A stretch of DNA of 64,000 nucleotides from the NCBI GenBank assembly GCA_002269645.1, contig NIVC01001829.1, positions 169,104-233,103 on the forward strand, in the 5' to 3' direction. The stretch is from Macrostomum lignano. Taxonomy: Eukaryota. The stretch's first letter is position 1. The number at the start of each line of letters is the position of its first letter. A program made the translations under genes and the position numbers. This document shows, in pieces, positions 49,301-61,430 of the stretch. The notes beneath the pieces were generated by a model that saw nothing but the letters and a program-made list of their open reading frames with translations, had not been told where the DNA came from and did not search any database.

Positions 49301-52300
49301 GGTGGATTACTGAAGATTTCTGAGGTGGATTACTGAAGATTTCTAGAGTGGATTACTGAAGATTTCTGAGGTGGATTACTGAAGATTTCTAGAGTGGATT
49401 ACTGAAGATTTCTGAGGTGGATTACTGAAGATTTCTGAGATGGATTACTGACGATTTCTGAGATGGATTACTGAAGATTTCTAGAGTGGATTACTGAAGA
49501 TTTCTGAGGTGGATTACTGAAGATTTCTGAGGTGGATTACTGAAGATTTCTAGAGTGAATTACTGAAGATTTCTAGAGTGGATTACTGAAGATTTCTAGA
49601 GTGGATTACTGAAGATTTCTAGAGTGGATTACTGAAGATTTCTGAGGTGGATTACTGAAGATTTCTAGAGTGGATTACTGAAGATTTCTAGAGTGGATTA
49701 CTGAAGATTTCTAGAGTGGATTACTGAAGATTTCTAGAGTGGATTACTGAAGATTTCTAGAGTGGATTACTGACGATTTCTGAGGTGGATTACTGAAGAT
49801 TTCTGAGGTGGATTACTGAAGATTTCTGAGGTGGATTACTGAAGATTTCTGAGGTGGATTACTGAAGATTTCTGAGGTGGATTACTGAAGATTTCTGAGA
49901 GTGGATTACTGAAGATTTCTGAGATGGATTACTGAAGATTTCTGAGGTGGATTACTGAAGATTTCTGAGGTGGATTACTGAAGATTTCTGAGAGTGGATT
50001 ACTGAAGATTTCTAGAGTGGATTACTGAAGATTTCTGAGGTGGATTACTGAAGATTTCTAGAGTGGATTACTGAAGATTTCTGAGATGGATTACTGAAGA
50101 TTTCTAGAGTGGATTTGTGAAGATTTCTGAGGTGGATTACTGAAGATTTCTAGAGTGGATTACTGAAGATTTCTGAGGTGGATTACTGAAGATTTCTAGA
50201 GTGGATTACTGAAGATTTCTGAGGTGGATTACTGAAGATTTCTGAGGTGGATTACTGAAGATTTCTAGAGTGGATTACTGAAGATTTCTGAGGTGAATTA
50301 CTGAAGATTTCTGAGGTGGATTACTGAAGATTTCTGAGGTGGATTACTGAAGATTTCTGAGGTGGATTACTGAAGATTTCTGAGATGGATTACTGAAGAT
50401 TTCTAGAGTGGATTTGTGAAGATTTCTGAGGTGGATTACTGAAGATTTCTAGAGTGGATTACTGAAGATTTCTGAGGTGGATTACTGAAGATTTCTAGAG
50501 TGGATTACTGAAGATTTCTAGAGTGGATTACTGAAGATTTCTGAGGTGGATTACTGAAGATTTCTGAGGTGGATTACTGAAGATTTCTGAGGTGGATTAC
50601 TGAAGATTTCTAGAGTGGATTACTGAAGATTTCTGAGGTGGATTACTGAAGATTTCTGAGGTGGATTACTGAAGATTTCTAGAGTGGATTACTGAAGATT
50701 TCTGAGGTGGATTACTGAAGATTTCTAGAGTGGATTACTGAAGATTTCTGAGGTGGATTACTGAAGATTTCTGAGGTGGATTACTGAAGATTTCTGAGGT
50801 GGATTACTGACGATTTCTGAGGTGGATTACTGAAGATTTCTGAGGTGGATTACTGAAGATTTCTGAGGTGGATTACTGAAGATTTCTGAGGTGGATTACT
50901 GAAGATTTCTAGAGTGGATTACTGAAGATTTCTAGAGTGGATTACTGAAGATTTCTAGAGTGGATTACTGAAGATTTCTAGAGTGGATTACTGAAGATTT
51001 CTAGAGTGGATTACTGAAGATTTCTAGAGTGGATTACTGACGATTTCTGAGGTGGATTACTGAAGATTTCTGAGGTGGATTACTGAAGATTTCTGAGGTG
51101 GATTACTGAAGATTTCTGAGGTGGATTACTGAAGATTTCTGAGGTGGATTACTGAAGATTTCTAGAGTGGATTACTGAAGATTTCTAAGGTGGATTACTG
51201 ACGATTTCTGAGGTGGATTACTGAAGATTTCTAGAGTGGATTACTGAAGATTTCTAGAGTGGATTACTGAAGATTTCTAGAGTGGATTACTGAAGATTTC
51301 TAGAGTGGATTACTGAAGATTTCTGAGGTGGATTACTGAAGATTTCTAGAGTGGATTACTGAAGATTTCTAGAGTGGATTACTGAAGATTTCTAGAGTGG
51401 ATTACTGACGATTTCTGAGGTGGATTACTGAAGATTTCTAGAGTGGATTACTGAAGATTTCTAGAGTGGATTACTGAAGATTTCTGAGGTGGATTACTGA
51501 AGATTTCTAGAGTGGATTACTGAAGATTTCTAGAGTGGATTACTGAAGATTTCTAGAGTGGATTACTGAAGATTTCTGAGGTGGATTACTGAAGATTTCT
51601 AGAGTGGATTACTGAAGATTTCTAGAGTGGATTACTGAAGATTTCTAGAGTGGATTACTGAAGATTTCTGAGGTGGATTACTGAAGATTTCTAGAGTGGA
51701 TTACTGAAGATTTCTGAGGTGGATTACTGAAGATTTCTAGAGTGGATTACTGACGATTTCTGAGGTGGATTACTGAAGATTTCTAGAGTGGATTACTGAA
51801 GATTTCTAGAGTGGATTACTGAAGATTTCTGAGGTGGATTACTGACGATTTCTGAGGTGGATTACTGACGATTTCTGAGGTGGATTACTGACGATTTCTG
51901 AGGTGGATTACTGAAGATTTCTAGAGTGGATTACTGACGATTTCTGAGGTGGATTACTGACGATTTCTGAGGTGGATTACTGAAGATTTCTAGAGTGGAT
52001 TACTGACGATTTCTGAGGTGGATTACTGAAGATTTCTGAGGTGGATTACTGAAGATTTCTAGAGTGGATTACTGAAGATTTCTAGAGTGGATTACTGAAG
52101 ATTTCTAGTTGGATTACTGAAGATTTCTAGAGTGGATTACTGAAGATTTCTAGTTGGATTACTGAAGATTTCTAGTTGGATTACTGAAGATTTCTAGTTG
52201 GATTACTGAAGATTTCTAGAGTGGATTACTGAAGATTTCTAGAGTGGATTACTGACGATTTCTGAGATGGATTACTGAAGATTTCTAGAGTGGATTACTG

Positions 52301-55300
52301 AAGTGGATTACCTGAGGATAGCTCCCTGAGGCACCTGAGGATATCTCACTGGGGCACCTGAGGATATCTCACTGAGGCACCTGAGGATATCTCACTGAAG
52401 CACCTGAGGATAGCTCACTGAAGCACCTGAGGATAGCTCACTGAGGCACCTGAGGATAGCTCACTGAGGCACCTGAGGATAGCTCACTGAGGCACCTAAA
52501 GAAATCTCACTGAGGCACCTGAGGATAGCTCACTGAGGCACCTGAGGATAGCTCCCTGAGGCACCTGAGGATAGCTCACTGAGGCACCTGAGGATAGCTC
52601 ACTGAGGCACCTGAGGATAGCTCACTGAGGCACCTGAGGATAGCTCCCTGAGGCACCTGAGGATATCTCACTGAGGCACCTGAGGATAGCTCACTGAGGC
52701 ACCTGAGGATATCTCACTGAGGCACCTGAGAATATCTCACTGATGCACCTGAGGATAGCTCACTGAGGCACCTGAGGATATCTCACTGAGGCACCTGAGA
52801 ATATCTCACTGAGGCACCTGAGGATAGCTCACTGAGGCACCTGAGGATAGCTCACTGAGGCACCTGAGGATAGCTCACTGAGGCACCTGAGGATAGCTCC
52901 CTGAGGCACCTGAGGATATCTCACTGAGGCACCTGAGGATAGCTCACTGAGGCACCTGAGGATAGCTCACTAAATGTCTCTAAAGAATGTGAAAAGCAGT
53001 TAATCATTAAAAATCGCAATATTTGTTAATCCCAGGTGTACGTAGACCGCAGCGGCGAGCTCCTATCGCTCAAGCAGATTTTCGAAGCCATGAAGATCAC
53101 GGACTACGATCTGAACATCGACATGCTGGATGTTCACGCCGATAGGCACACTTTCCAACGATTTGACAAATTCAATTCCAAGTACAACCCGCTGGGTAGG
53201 AACCACCTGAGGGAGGTGTTCCTAAAGACTGACAATCATATTGGCGGCAGGTTCTTTGCCGAGATCCTGCGCGAGGTGATGAACGACCTGAAGGAGTCGC
53301 GCTATCAGAATGCCGAGCTGAGGCTGTCAATCTACGGTAGGTCTGCCGACGAATGGGACAAATTGGCTCAGTGGGCACTGCACCACGGCCTGACCGAGTT
53401 CAACGACAATGTCCGCTGGATGATCCAGATTCCCCGCCTGTTCGATGTGTACCGTCGTCACGGCCAGTTGGACAATTTCCAGACATTTCTGGACAATTTA
53501 TTCCGGCCGCTGTTTGAGGCCACTATCGATCCGAGCTCGCATCCGCATCTGTTCGTGTTTATGCAGTCGGTCAGTTCACTGCTCCCGTGTTTTTATTCCG
53601 TGATGTGTATTTTCTAATCTCTGAAGTGAATTCTCAATCCCAGTGGGGAAATCCCAATTTCTGTTTAGAAATCCCAATTGCTATGGGGAAATCCCAGTTG
53701 CTTTAGGAAATCCCAATTACTGTGGGGAAACCCCAGTTACTGTGGGTGTGGGGAAATCCCTATTACTTTTGGGAAATCCATACTACTGTAGGGAAATCCC
53801 TGTTGCTGTGAGGAAATCCCTATTACTGTGGGAAATCCCTTTTTTCGTGGGGAAGTCTCTATTACCATGGGAAATTCCTTTTCTGTGGAGAAATCCCTAA
53901 TATTGTCGGAAAATCCCTATTACTGTGGGGAAATCCCGATTGCTGTGGGGAATTTCCTATTTCTGTCGAAATCCCTTTTGGTGTGAGGAAATCCCTATTG
54001 CTATGGGGAAATGCCAATTGATGTAGGTAGATCCCAATTACTTACTGTGGGTGAGAAAGTCCTTATTCTAAGTGGGAAATCCGAATCACTGAGTTGAAAA
54101 ATGCGAAACCATAAATTAAAGTGACAATCCATCTCTCATGCTATACCATCCGGGTTAACACGTGAATAAAATGAAAGCAACGTAGTAATCGCAGATTCCT
54201 GGCTAAATCGTAATCTTAAGCCAAACAAGCTGAACTGCAATACACTGCATTGTTTTGGCAGGTTGTCGCATTCGACTCAGTAGATGACGAGTCCAAGTCA
54301 GAGTCCGTGGTGTTCGATCACGATTCCCCGGAACCGGCAGAATGGACGGAGAGTCAGCGCAACCCGCCGTACGCTTACTACCTGTACTACCTGTACGCTA
54401 ACCTGGTGCCGCTGAACGCTCTGAGACGGGAGCGAGGCCTGCAACCGATCGTTCTCAGGCCGCACTGTGGCGAGGCTGGACCTGTGCATCATCTGGCAAC
54501 CGCCTTCTTGCTGGCTGACAATATTAGCCACGGCCTGCTGCTCAGAAAGGTAGCTCTGTTGCTTCTCAGTTGCTGGGCCAGCTTCCCAGATCCTCAGTTG
54601 CTGGGCCAGCCTCCCAGATCCCCAGTTGCTGGGCCAGCTTCCCAGATCCCCAGTTAATTGGCCAGCCTCCCAGATCCTCAGTTGGTGGGCCAGCCTCCCA
54701 GATCCCCAGTTGGTGGGCCAGCCTCCCAGATCCCCAGTTGCTGGGCCAGCCTCCCAGATCCCCAGTTGCTGGGCCAGCCTCCCAGATCCCCAGTTGCTGG
54801 GCCAGCCTCCTAGATCCCCAGTTGCTTGGCCAGCCTCCCAGATCTTCCAGTTGCTGGCCCACCAACCTCCCAGATCCTCAGTTGCTGGGCCAGCCTCCCA
54901 GATCCCCAGTTGCTGGGCCAGCCTCCCAGATCCCCAGTTGCTGGGCCAGCCTCCCAGATCCCCAGTTGCTGGGCCAGCCTCCTAGATCCCCAGTTGCTTG
55001 GCCAGCCTCTCAGATCTTCCAGTTGCTGGGCCAGCCTCCCAGATCTTCCAGTTGCTGGGCCACCAACCTCCCAGATCCTCAGTTGGTGGGCCACCAGCCT
55101 CCCAGATCCTCAGTTGCTGGGCCACCAGCCTCCCAGATCCTCAGTTGCTGGGCCACCAGCCTCCCAGATCCTCAGTTGCTGGGCCACCAGCCTCCCAGAT
55201 CCTCAGTTGCTGGGCCACCAGCCTCCTAGATCCTCAGTTGCTGGGCCAACAGCCTCCCAGATCCTCACTTGCTGGGCCACCAGCCTCCCAGATTCTCAGT

Positions 55301-57349
55301 TGCTGGGCCAGCCTCCCAGATCCCCAGTTGCTGGGCCAGCCTCCCAGATCCTCAGTTGCTGGTCCAGCCTCCCAGATCCCCAGTTGCTTGGCCAGCCTCC
55401 CAGATCCCCAGTTGCTGGGCCAGCCTCCCAGATCCCCAGTTGCTGGCCAGCCTCCCAGATCCCCAGTTTCTGGGCCAGCCCCCAGATCCCCAGTTGCTTG
55501 GCCAGCCTCCCAGATCTTCCAGTTGCTGGGCCACCAGCCTCCCAGATCCCCAGTTGCTGGGCCAGCCTTCCAGATCCCCAGTTGCTTGGCCAGCCTCCCA
55601 GATCTTCCAGTTGCTGGGCCACCAGCCTCCCAGATCCCCAGTTGCTGGGCCAGCCTCCCAAATCCCCAGTTGCTGGGCCAGCCTCCCAGATCCCCAGTTG
55701 CTGGGCCAGCCTCCCAGATCCCCAGTTGCTGGGCCAGCCTCCCAGATCCCCAGTTGCTGGGCCAGCCTCCCAGATCCCCAGTTGCTTGGCCAGCCTCCCA
55801 GATCTTCCAGTTGCTGGGCCACCAACCTCCCAGATCCTCAGTTGGTGGGCCACCAGCTTCCCAGATCCTCAGTTGCTGGGCCAGCCTTCCAGATCCTCAG
55901 TTGCTGGGCCACCAGCCTCCTAGATCCTCAGTTTCTGGGCCACCAGCCTGCCAGATCCTCAGTTGGTGGGCCACCAGCTTCCCAGATCTTCAGTTGCTGT
56001 GCCAGCCTCCCAGATCCTCGGTTGCTGCTCCATCACAACTTGTCCCTCACTGCACAGCGCAATGATATTCCCACGTTACAATTTTTACCCCCCTCTCGCC
56101 CGCAGGCACCGGTGCTGCAGTACCTGTACTACCTGGCCCAGGTGCCCATGGCCATGTCGCCGCTCTCCAACAACAGCCTGTTCCTGCCCTACAGCCGCAG
56201 TCCCTTGCCAGACTTTCACGCCAAAGGCCTGTGCGTGACGCTGAGCACGGATGATCCGCTGATGTTCCACTTCACCAAGGAGCCGCTGATGGAAGAGTAC
56301 TCTATCGCGGCCCAGGTGTGGAAGCTCACCAACACAGACATGTGCGAGCTGGCCAGGAACTCTGTAATCATGTCCGGATTTCCTCACGAAGTGAAGAAGC
56401 GTTGGCTCGGCCCGGCCTATCAACACGAAGGCGTCCTTGGCAACGATATTCGTTATACTAATCTGCCTAACGTTCGAGTGGCGTTTCGTTTCGAGAATCT
56501 GCTGCACGAATTGGCCCTGGTTACCACCGCTAATCCGAGGTCGAGAGCTCACAGCGGGCACAGCGGCTTGTCGGGTGGGTCCTGTGGCTGTTTGGGAAGA
56601 ATCAAGATGGGATGGGATGGGAAGAATCGGGATGGGATGGGAGGGGAAGAATCGGGATGGGATGTGAAGAATCTGGATGGGATGGGATGGGAAGAATCGG
56701 GATGGGATGGGATGGTAAGAATCGGGATGGGATGGGATAGGAAGAATCGGGATGGGATGGGATGGGAAGAATCGGGATGGAATGGGATGGTAAGAATCGG
56801 GATGGGATGGGAAGAATCGGGATGGGATGGGATGGGAGCGGAAGAATCAGGATGGGATGGGATGGGAATAATCAGGATGGGATGGGAAGAATCAGGATGG
56901 GGTGGGGTGGGAAGAATCAGGATGGGGTGGGAAGAATCAGGATGGGGTAGGAAGAATCAGGATGGGATGGGAAGAATCAGGATGGGATGGGAAGAATCAG
57001 GATGGGATGGGAAGAATCAGGATGGGGTGGGAAGAATCAGGATGGGATGGGAAGAATCAGGATGGGATAGAGAGAATCGGGATGGGATGGGAGGGGAAGA
57101 ATCAAGATGGGATAGAATGGGATGGGAAGAATCAGGATGGGATAGAGAGAATCGGGATGGGAGGGGATGGGAAGAATCAGGATGGGATGGAAAGAATCAG
57201 GATGGTGGGAAGAATCAGGTGAGATAGTAATCACTATTTTGAAGGCCTATGACTTAATTACATTCATCCCCATTTGCCAATCCGCAGTGCCAGCCGCAAT
57301 GTCCACAAGGACAAAGTCAATGAGCGTGCTGTTCGAGGATGAGGGATAA
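43363..57349 (+). CDS. AMPD: AMP deaminase (AMPD2-like), ~857 aa
   Basis: Exons 43363-43991, 46046-46637, 53036-53569, 54262-54549, 56106-56574 and 57288-57349, all GT-AG with matching phase. Motifs include [26 protein letters not shown] (Zn-binding HxH), [77 protein letters not shown] and [10 protein letters not shown]. The last short exon is less certain. Confidence 0.96.
44044..45534 (-). mobile_element. Non-autonomous LTR retroelement (TRIM-like), 1.49 kb, in AMPD intron 1
   Basis: The LTRs at 44044-44318 and 45258-45534 have TG...CA ends and are identical except for a G/T homopolymer. On the minus strand, a PBS-like TGGTGAGCCCGAC (45256-45244) lies 1 nt after the 5' LTR, a PPT-like GGGGGGAG precedes the 3' LTR, and TATAAATA lies inside the LTR. 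AGTA flanks both sides. The GC-rich repetitive interior has no recognisable retroviral protein. Confidence 0.85.
45535..45902. repeat. (AGT)n microsatellite, interrupted by the LTR element (left remnant ~44005-44043)
   Basis: Trinucleotide run giving the poly-S and poly-L pseudo-ORFs. Confidence 0.95.
46660..52310. repeat. 5.6-kb 23-bp satellite (CTGAG/CTAGA + GTGGATTACTGAAGATTT), AMPD intron 2
   Basis: About 245 units of two interspersed main variants. Confidence 0.98.
52310..52972. repeat. 23-bp minisatellite (CTGAGGCACCTGAGGATAGCTCA), AMPD intron 2
   Basis: CTGAGGCACC recurs at 52441 and 52464. Confidence 0.95.
53640..54060. repeat. Degenerate GGGAAATCCC-containing repeat, AMPD intron 3
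   Basis: Recurring GGGAAATCCC(T/A)ATT motif. Confidence 0.75.
54565..56030. repeat. ~28-bp minisatellite (GCCTCCCAGATCCCCAGTTGCTGGGCCA), AMPD intron 4
   Basis: GCCTCCC recurs at 54721 and 54749; source of the PASQIPSCW ORFs. Confidence 0.95.
56598..57220. repeat. 20-bp purine-rich minisatellite (GATGGGATGGGAAGAATCAG), AMPD intron 5
   Basis: Visible tandem array. Confidence 0.92.
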
Positions 57350-57949
57350 GTCCTTAATTAACCTGAGATGTGCTTAAATCTGATTGAAGTACTTCGTAAA
57401 CAAAGCATGCTTTATTATAGCTTTAATGTCAGCATTAATAGATTAGATGATTTCAAATCAGCTCTCGTGTTTGTTTTAATGATTCCATTCGATTTTTGGA
57501 CTTCTTCACATGCCTAATTATAAAATTTTTTTATTATTGATATAGTCACCACCTTAAATACTTATTTCGCATTACAATTTTTTATTAATATATAGTACTC
57601 TCCAAAAGCTTGCTGTGTTTTTTAAACATTTTATTCACTATTTACATCAATATATTGGTTATATTTTATTTTGTAGTAATCATGCATAATTATTATAGTT
57701 AGTTGTCACTATAGCCCCGATTTTTCGGCGAAGTTCTTTTTTATTCTACATACGAGTACACGCTACGTGCACAAGAATCTTCAGTAGGTGTTTAGTTATA
57801 ATTTGTATACCGTCAAATATATTATAGTGTGGAATCGTGGATGTTTTAATTGGAATATCCAGAAACTACTAAAAGTAGCCTGTTCTGTTTTTTTATTTCT
57901 TTTTTTCATATCTGAAATTTTTATGTGCAATGCTTGAAATCTCTTAAGG

Positions 57950-58762
57950 GCTCCAGCTACAGAGGTGGGCGCCAGCTACAGAGGTGGGCGCCAGCTACAT
58001 GAGGGGGCGCCAGCTACATGAGGGGCGCCAGCTACATGAGAGGGCGTCATTTACAGAGGGGGCGCCAGCTACAGAGAGGGGGCGCCAGCTACAGATAAGG
58101 GTACACCAGCTACAGAGGGGGCGCCAGCTACAGATAAGGGTACGCCAGCTACATGAGGGGGCGCCAGCTACAGATAAGGGTACGCCAGCTACAGAGGCGG
58201 CGCCATCTACAGATAAGGGTACGCCAGCTACATGAGGGGGCGCCAGCTACAGATAAGGGTACGCCAGCTACAGAGGGGGCGCCAGCTACAGATAAGGGTA
58301 CGCCAGCTACAGAGGGGGCGCCAGCTACAGATAAGGGTACGCCAGCTACAGATAAGGGTACGCCAGCTACAGATAAGGGTACGCCACCTACAGAGGGGCG
58401 CCAGCTACAGATAAGGGTACGCCAGCTACAGAGGGGGCGCCAGCTACAGATAAGGGTACGCCAGCTACAGAGGGGCGCCAGCTACAGATAAGGGTACGCC
58501 AGCCACAGAGGGGGCGCCAGCTACAGATAAGGGTACGCCAGCTACAGAGGGGCGCCAGCTACAGATAAGGGTACGCCAGCTACAGAGGGGCGCCAGCTAC
58601 AGATAAGGGTACGCCAGCTACATGAGGGGGCGCCAGCTACAGATAAGGGTACGCCACCTACAGAGGGGGCGCCAGCTACAGATAAGGGTACGCTGCAGCT
58701 ACAGAGGGGGCGCCAGCTACAGATAAGGGTACGCCAGCTACAGAGGGGCGCCAGCTACAGAG
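57950..58762. repeat. Composite ~39-bp minisatellite (GCCAGCTACAGAGGGGGC + GCCAGCTACAGATAAGGGTAC)
   Basis: The unit recurs at 58261 and 58300. Confidence 0.93.
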
Positions 58763-59242
58763 TACACCACTGTGTCATGTAAGATCGTGAATCCCTGGTG
58801 TAATCAGTAAATATTCGCCCGCTTATTGTACATGTACGATCAGCCACTCTCTGATCCTCACCAGCTCAAGCTGGGGTCTTCTGTGACGCGGTTTTAATTG
58901 CGTCACCTGAGGGCTGATGAAGGTCTGAGAAAAGTTTACCGCACGTTTCGGGGTGCAGGAAATTTGAAATTTTTGCTGAGTTTATTGCATGTATATGCTC
59001 AGAGTCCAGAGGAATGGGCAAAACTGACTCAGTGCTCAGGGCAGAGTCCAGAGCGATAAATTCTTTAGTTTATATTTTCGGCTCCAGTTTTTTAGTTAGT
59101 CAGCAAAATAGAATTGTTTAATTCAATGTGGCGACACGCATGCTAATCGAACAGAGATCTTCGATCTGATCTGTGGATATTGAGCTTTGTAACCATTGTC
59201 TTTGCCTAAAGCTCCTAATTCCGCAAGCACATAATCCTATAG

Positions 59243-59282
59243 TGCTTCAGCTCACCCTTGTGTGTAAAAATGGGCACTGAGG
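59243..59282 (+). mobile_element. Degraded CORE-SINE fragment
   Basis: GCTTCAGCTCACCC...TGTAAAAATGGGCAC resembles GCTTCAGTTCACCCATCTGTAAAATGGGTGCC of the SINE at 20250. Confidence 0.4.
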
Positions 59283-60464
59283 GCGTACATTTTTTGGGCG
59301 TTGTAGGACACTTACCCCTCCCTATATTGATTATTTTAAACTCAATTTTAAACTATATGTATATATTGAAGGAAAATGCTAGAACTAACGCAGGATCTGA
59401 TCAAGACAAGGCTAGACTTGTTCAACATACTTAAAAACTACAGTACAACAGATTGTGAGTTCACTTGCGCCTACTGAACAGTGAGCGGTAAGTTTTTGAA
59501 CTTGATAATTTTTCAAAAATGTCATCTCGAGCTACCTACTTTTGTTTTAATTGTGCTAGCCAAAGAGGTCTATTTTATGATTGATGTAAGAGAAACTTAG
59601 GGGTCAAAAAATTTTTTGTGTTTATTCAATTTAGCCAATTAACTAGCTCCATATTTTATCTACAATTCGAACAAGATGAATGAGGCAGTCAAAAATAATC
59701 AGTCTTTCGCTCCTTTTTTGAGCGTTCCCGATGACTCTTTCCGTGACATGGGGGATACAGATCAGATATGTTTTATCTTGTTTAAAGTTACTTTTACTAT
59801 AGTGCCAAACAAATGATTTGGCACTATAGTAAAAGTAATTTTCATTTATCATTTTAATACTTTTTACTTTTTAAAACAGACAATTTTTAGTATTTAAGAG
59901 TTACGTTTTTTTGGTACGTCATAGTAACGTATAAAGTTGGAGTAAAAGTCACGTAGCTTCTTCTTTAAAGTTTATTTAAAAAATTGATTGAAAAGATAGT
60001 TTATCATGGCAACAGGGGACAAGTCTCAAAAAATACTTTTTGTTGACACAAAAAATAGTTTAGGTATCAGAGTTAAAAAATAATTAATTTCTCCGATTCT
60101 CTGTTGTAACCTGTGTTACATGTTCCTCACTTCTTTTTGAATTCTTACACTTACTTGAGTAGCTAAAATCTACGATGCCATGTACAGCTCAAAATTATTT
60201 ACTTGGAACATATAACATGTCTATATACAGTATAGATACATTTATAACAGAACGAGTCGAACTCCTCCTTTGGAGGAAAAAGGGGAAGAACTTCCATCAC
60301 CGGAATTCTATTCCCTGAAATTCATCGGCTGAAATTCCATGTCTTGAACCCCATCTTCCTAATTGTCTCCAAATTCTTTACAAAACCTTTCAAATATATT
60401 GTCCATATATTGTTTTCCCTGTTTGCAAAAACTGACTACTATTGTCCAGACTCAGACTCTCTAG

Positions 60465-61322
60465 TCTCCTTTCTCCTTTCTTCTCTCTCATCTCTCCCCT
60501 TTCATATCTCATCTCTTCTCACTTATCTATGGTCTCTCCTCTACCCTCTCAGTCTTCTCTTTTCTGCCTCCGATACACTCTGACCCTCTCCTTTCTTATC
60601 TCCTATCCCATCCCATCTTTCTTCCCTCCTTTCTACCATCTCCTGTCTCCTCTGTTCTCTCTTTTCTCTCCTTTTCATTTTCTCTTCTCTCTTCTCCTTT
60701 CTCCTCTCATTTTCCGTCTTTTCTATAATCTCTAATCTTTTCTCTCTCTTTTCTCACTCATTTCTTTTCTCATTGCATATCTAGTCTCTCCTCTCTGCAC
60801 TCTCATCTTTATCCTCTTCTTTCTCCTCAGTGCTTTCTTCTCTAAATCTCTTAACTCTCTCATCTCTGATCTTTTAATCTCTCTTCTCTGTCCTTTCTCC
60901 CTTCCCCTCTCGCTTCTCTCACCTCTCTCCCCTCTCATCTCTACTACCTTATTTATATATTCTCCCTTGTCTTACGTCGTTACTCTCTACTCTTTATTAC
61001 TCTTTACTCTCGCATCTTGCATCTCTCATCTCTCATCTTTTTTCTCTCCTATACTCTCTCCTCGCTTCTATTTCCTCTGTACGCTCTTATCCATCCTCTC
61101 TTTTCTTTCCTCTCATCTCTCCTGTCTCCTCTCTGCTATCTCATATCTCCCCTCTCATCTCCTCTCTCCTCCTCTCTCCCTCTTCATTCCCGCCTCCTCC
61201 CTCCCCTCCCCTTTTCTCTCATCCCCCTTTCTCACCTATCTGTCATCTCTAATCCGTCCTCTCTCATATCTGCTTTCTTTTCTATCATCTCTCCTCTCTT
61301 CTCTTTACTCTCTTCTCTGACT
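60465..61322. repeat. CT-rich low-complexity tract
   Basis: Pyrimidine-rich degenerate sequence. Confidence 0.85.
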
Positions 61323-61430
61323 GATTTAATGTGCCAAATCAATCAAAATCCTCTTCGTGAAACAGAACTCCATCAAATTCTCTTCATAAGACTTGTTGGC
61401 CGTACACCGTTTAACTCTCTGACCCTCGAG

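Noticed and set aside
46660-52310. CRISPR-like regular array
   Set aside because: There are no unique spacers and no cas genes, and the context is eukaryotic intron; it is a satellite.
54570-57227. The 652-aa ORF 55269-57227 and neighbouring ORFs as single proteins
   Set aside because: Only 56106-56574 is AMPD exon; the rest is intronic minisatellite read in frame.
58912-58950. Hammerhead ribozyme (CTGATGA core)
   Set aside because: No stem II followed by GAAA and no stem I/III arrangement could be built.
58974-58995. Spliced-leader RNA-like TTTATTGCATG
   Set aside because: This is only a short match to a flatworm SL 3' end recalled from memory. The rest of the leader, the canonical donor context and an Sm site are not evident.
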